From IMG/VR virus record IMGVR_UViG_3300031555_003442, positions 113,809-177,808 of that record: a stretch of DNA of 64,000 nucleotides; one strand, given 5' to 3'. The stretch comes from a virus (Duplodnaviria > Caudoviricetes). Within the stretch, counting starts at the first letter, position 1. Each line of letters opens with the position of its first letter. Below the pieces are notes generated by a model. It was not told where the DNA came from. It was given only the letters and a program-made list of their open reading frames with translations, and did not search any database. The translations under genes and the position numbers were made by a program. Below, piece by piece: positions 63,629-64,000 of this stretch.

Positions 63629-63860
63629 CGGCGAAACCGCATACTGCCTCCCAGACTGCACCTGCTGCACAGCATGCCACAAGCTCATCACCGAGGTGGA
63701 CGAATGCCCATTCCCCGAACCATACGGCCTGTGGTCAGACAAGTACAGGTGCTCCCCAGACTGCAACTACTACCAGGAAATCTGGGACGACGAAGAACTT
63801 AAAAAGGAACTCGCCCTCGACGAGGACAAAACCCTGTTGGAACCCGTGGAGGAAACCTGA
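63609..63860 (+). CDS. Small Cys-rich protein
   Basis: CTCCTAC..ECP..CSPDC. Confidence 0.65.
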   Translation: MVDVIIDGETAYCLPDCTCCTACHKLITEVDECPFPEPYGLWSDKYRCSPDCNYYQEIWDDEELKKELALDEDKTLLEPVEET

Positions 63861-64000
63861 TGGACTCCCCCACGCTCGTCAGCATCGCCGCAGCGAACTC
63901 ATCCGTAGCCAACTCGGGGTTCGACCCAGATGTCGCCCTAGAATTCGCACTGGTATTCTTCGTGGCGTTCCCTCTGGCCCTCTACGGGTTCGAACAACTA
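63860..64000 (+). CDS. Partial CDS, membrane protein (runs off window)
   Basis: TGATG coupling; MDSPTLVSIAAA...FALVFFVAFPLAL. Confidence 0.5.
   Translation, partial: MDSPTLVSIAAANSSVANSGFDPDVALEFALVFFVAFPLALYGFEQL

Noticed and set aside
1-64000. Stop-codon recoding as in some large phages
   Set aside because: Known enzymes are full length in the standard code, and TAA, TAG and TGA all terminate genes
1-64000. Host assignment (codon style and the 16482 signal peptide suggested a Fibrobacter-like gut anaerobe)
   Set aside because: Impression only; needs spacer matching or phylogeny

Overview
A 64-kb segment of a large lytic dsDNA phage (T4-like/jumbo organisation, standard genetic code, about 100 mostly short, tightly packed ORFs). 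Recognisable genes: a nonulosonic-acid (KDN/Neu5Ac-type) pathway (NeuB synthase; CMP-transferase fused to a KdsC-like phosphatase) with glycosyltransferases and a PQ-loop transporter; a MoxR-type AAA+/vWA pair plus a second giant vWA protein; family B DNA polymerase; two PD-(D/E)xK nucleases; a CCA-adding enzyme; a Thg1-like protein; a metallophosphoesterase; and two unrelated TnpB-family nucleases. Two promoter classes are readable by eye: TTGACA-N17-TATATT (17 copies, early-type) and a stand-alone TATAAACT (T4 late-type). The best candidate for a new system is that both tnpB genes sit behind the late motif and a roughly 100-nt leader made of two hairpins with mutually complementary loops. 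The architecture is the same in both while the sequence is unrelated, suggesting a kissing-loop/switch RNA. One tnpB lies in a tnpA-deleted IS608-like element whose ends, TAM (TTAC), guide and empty site can be reconstructed. All family assignments are from motif recognition; no searches or folding programs were run.
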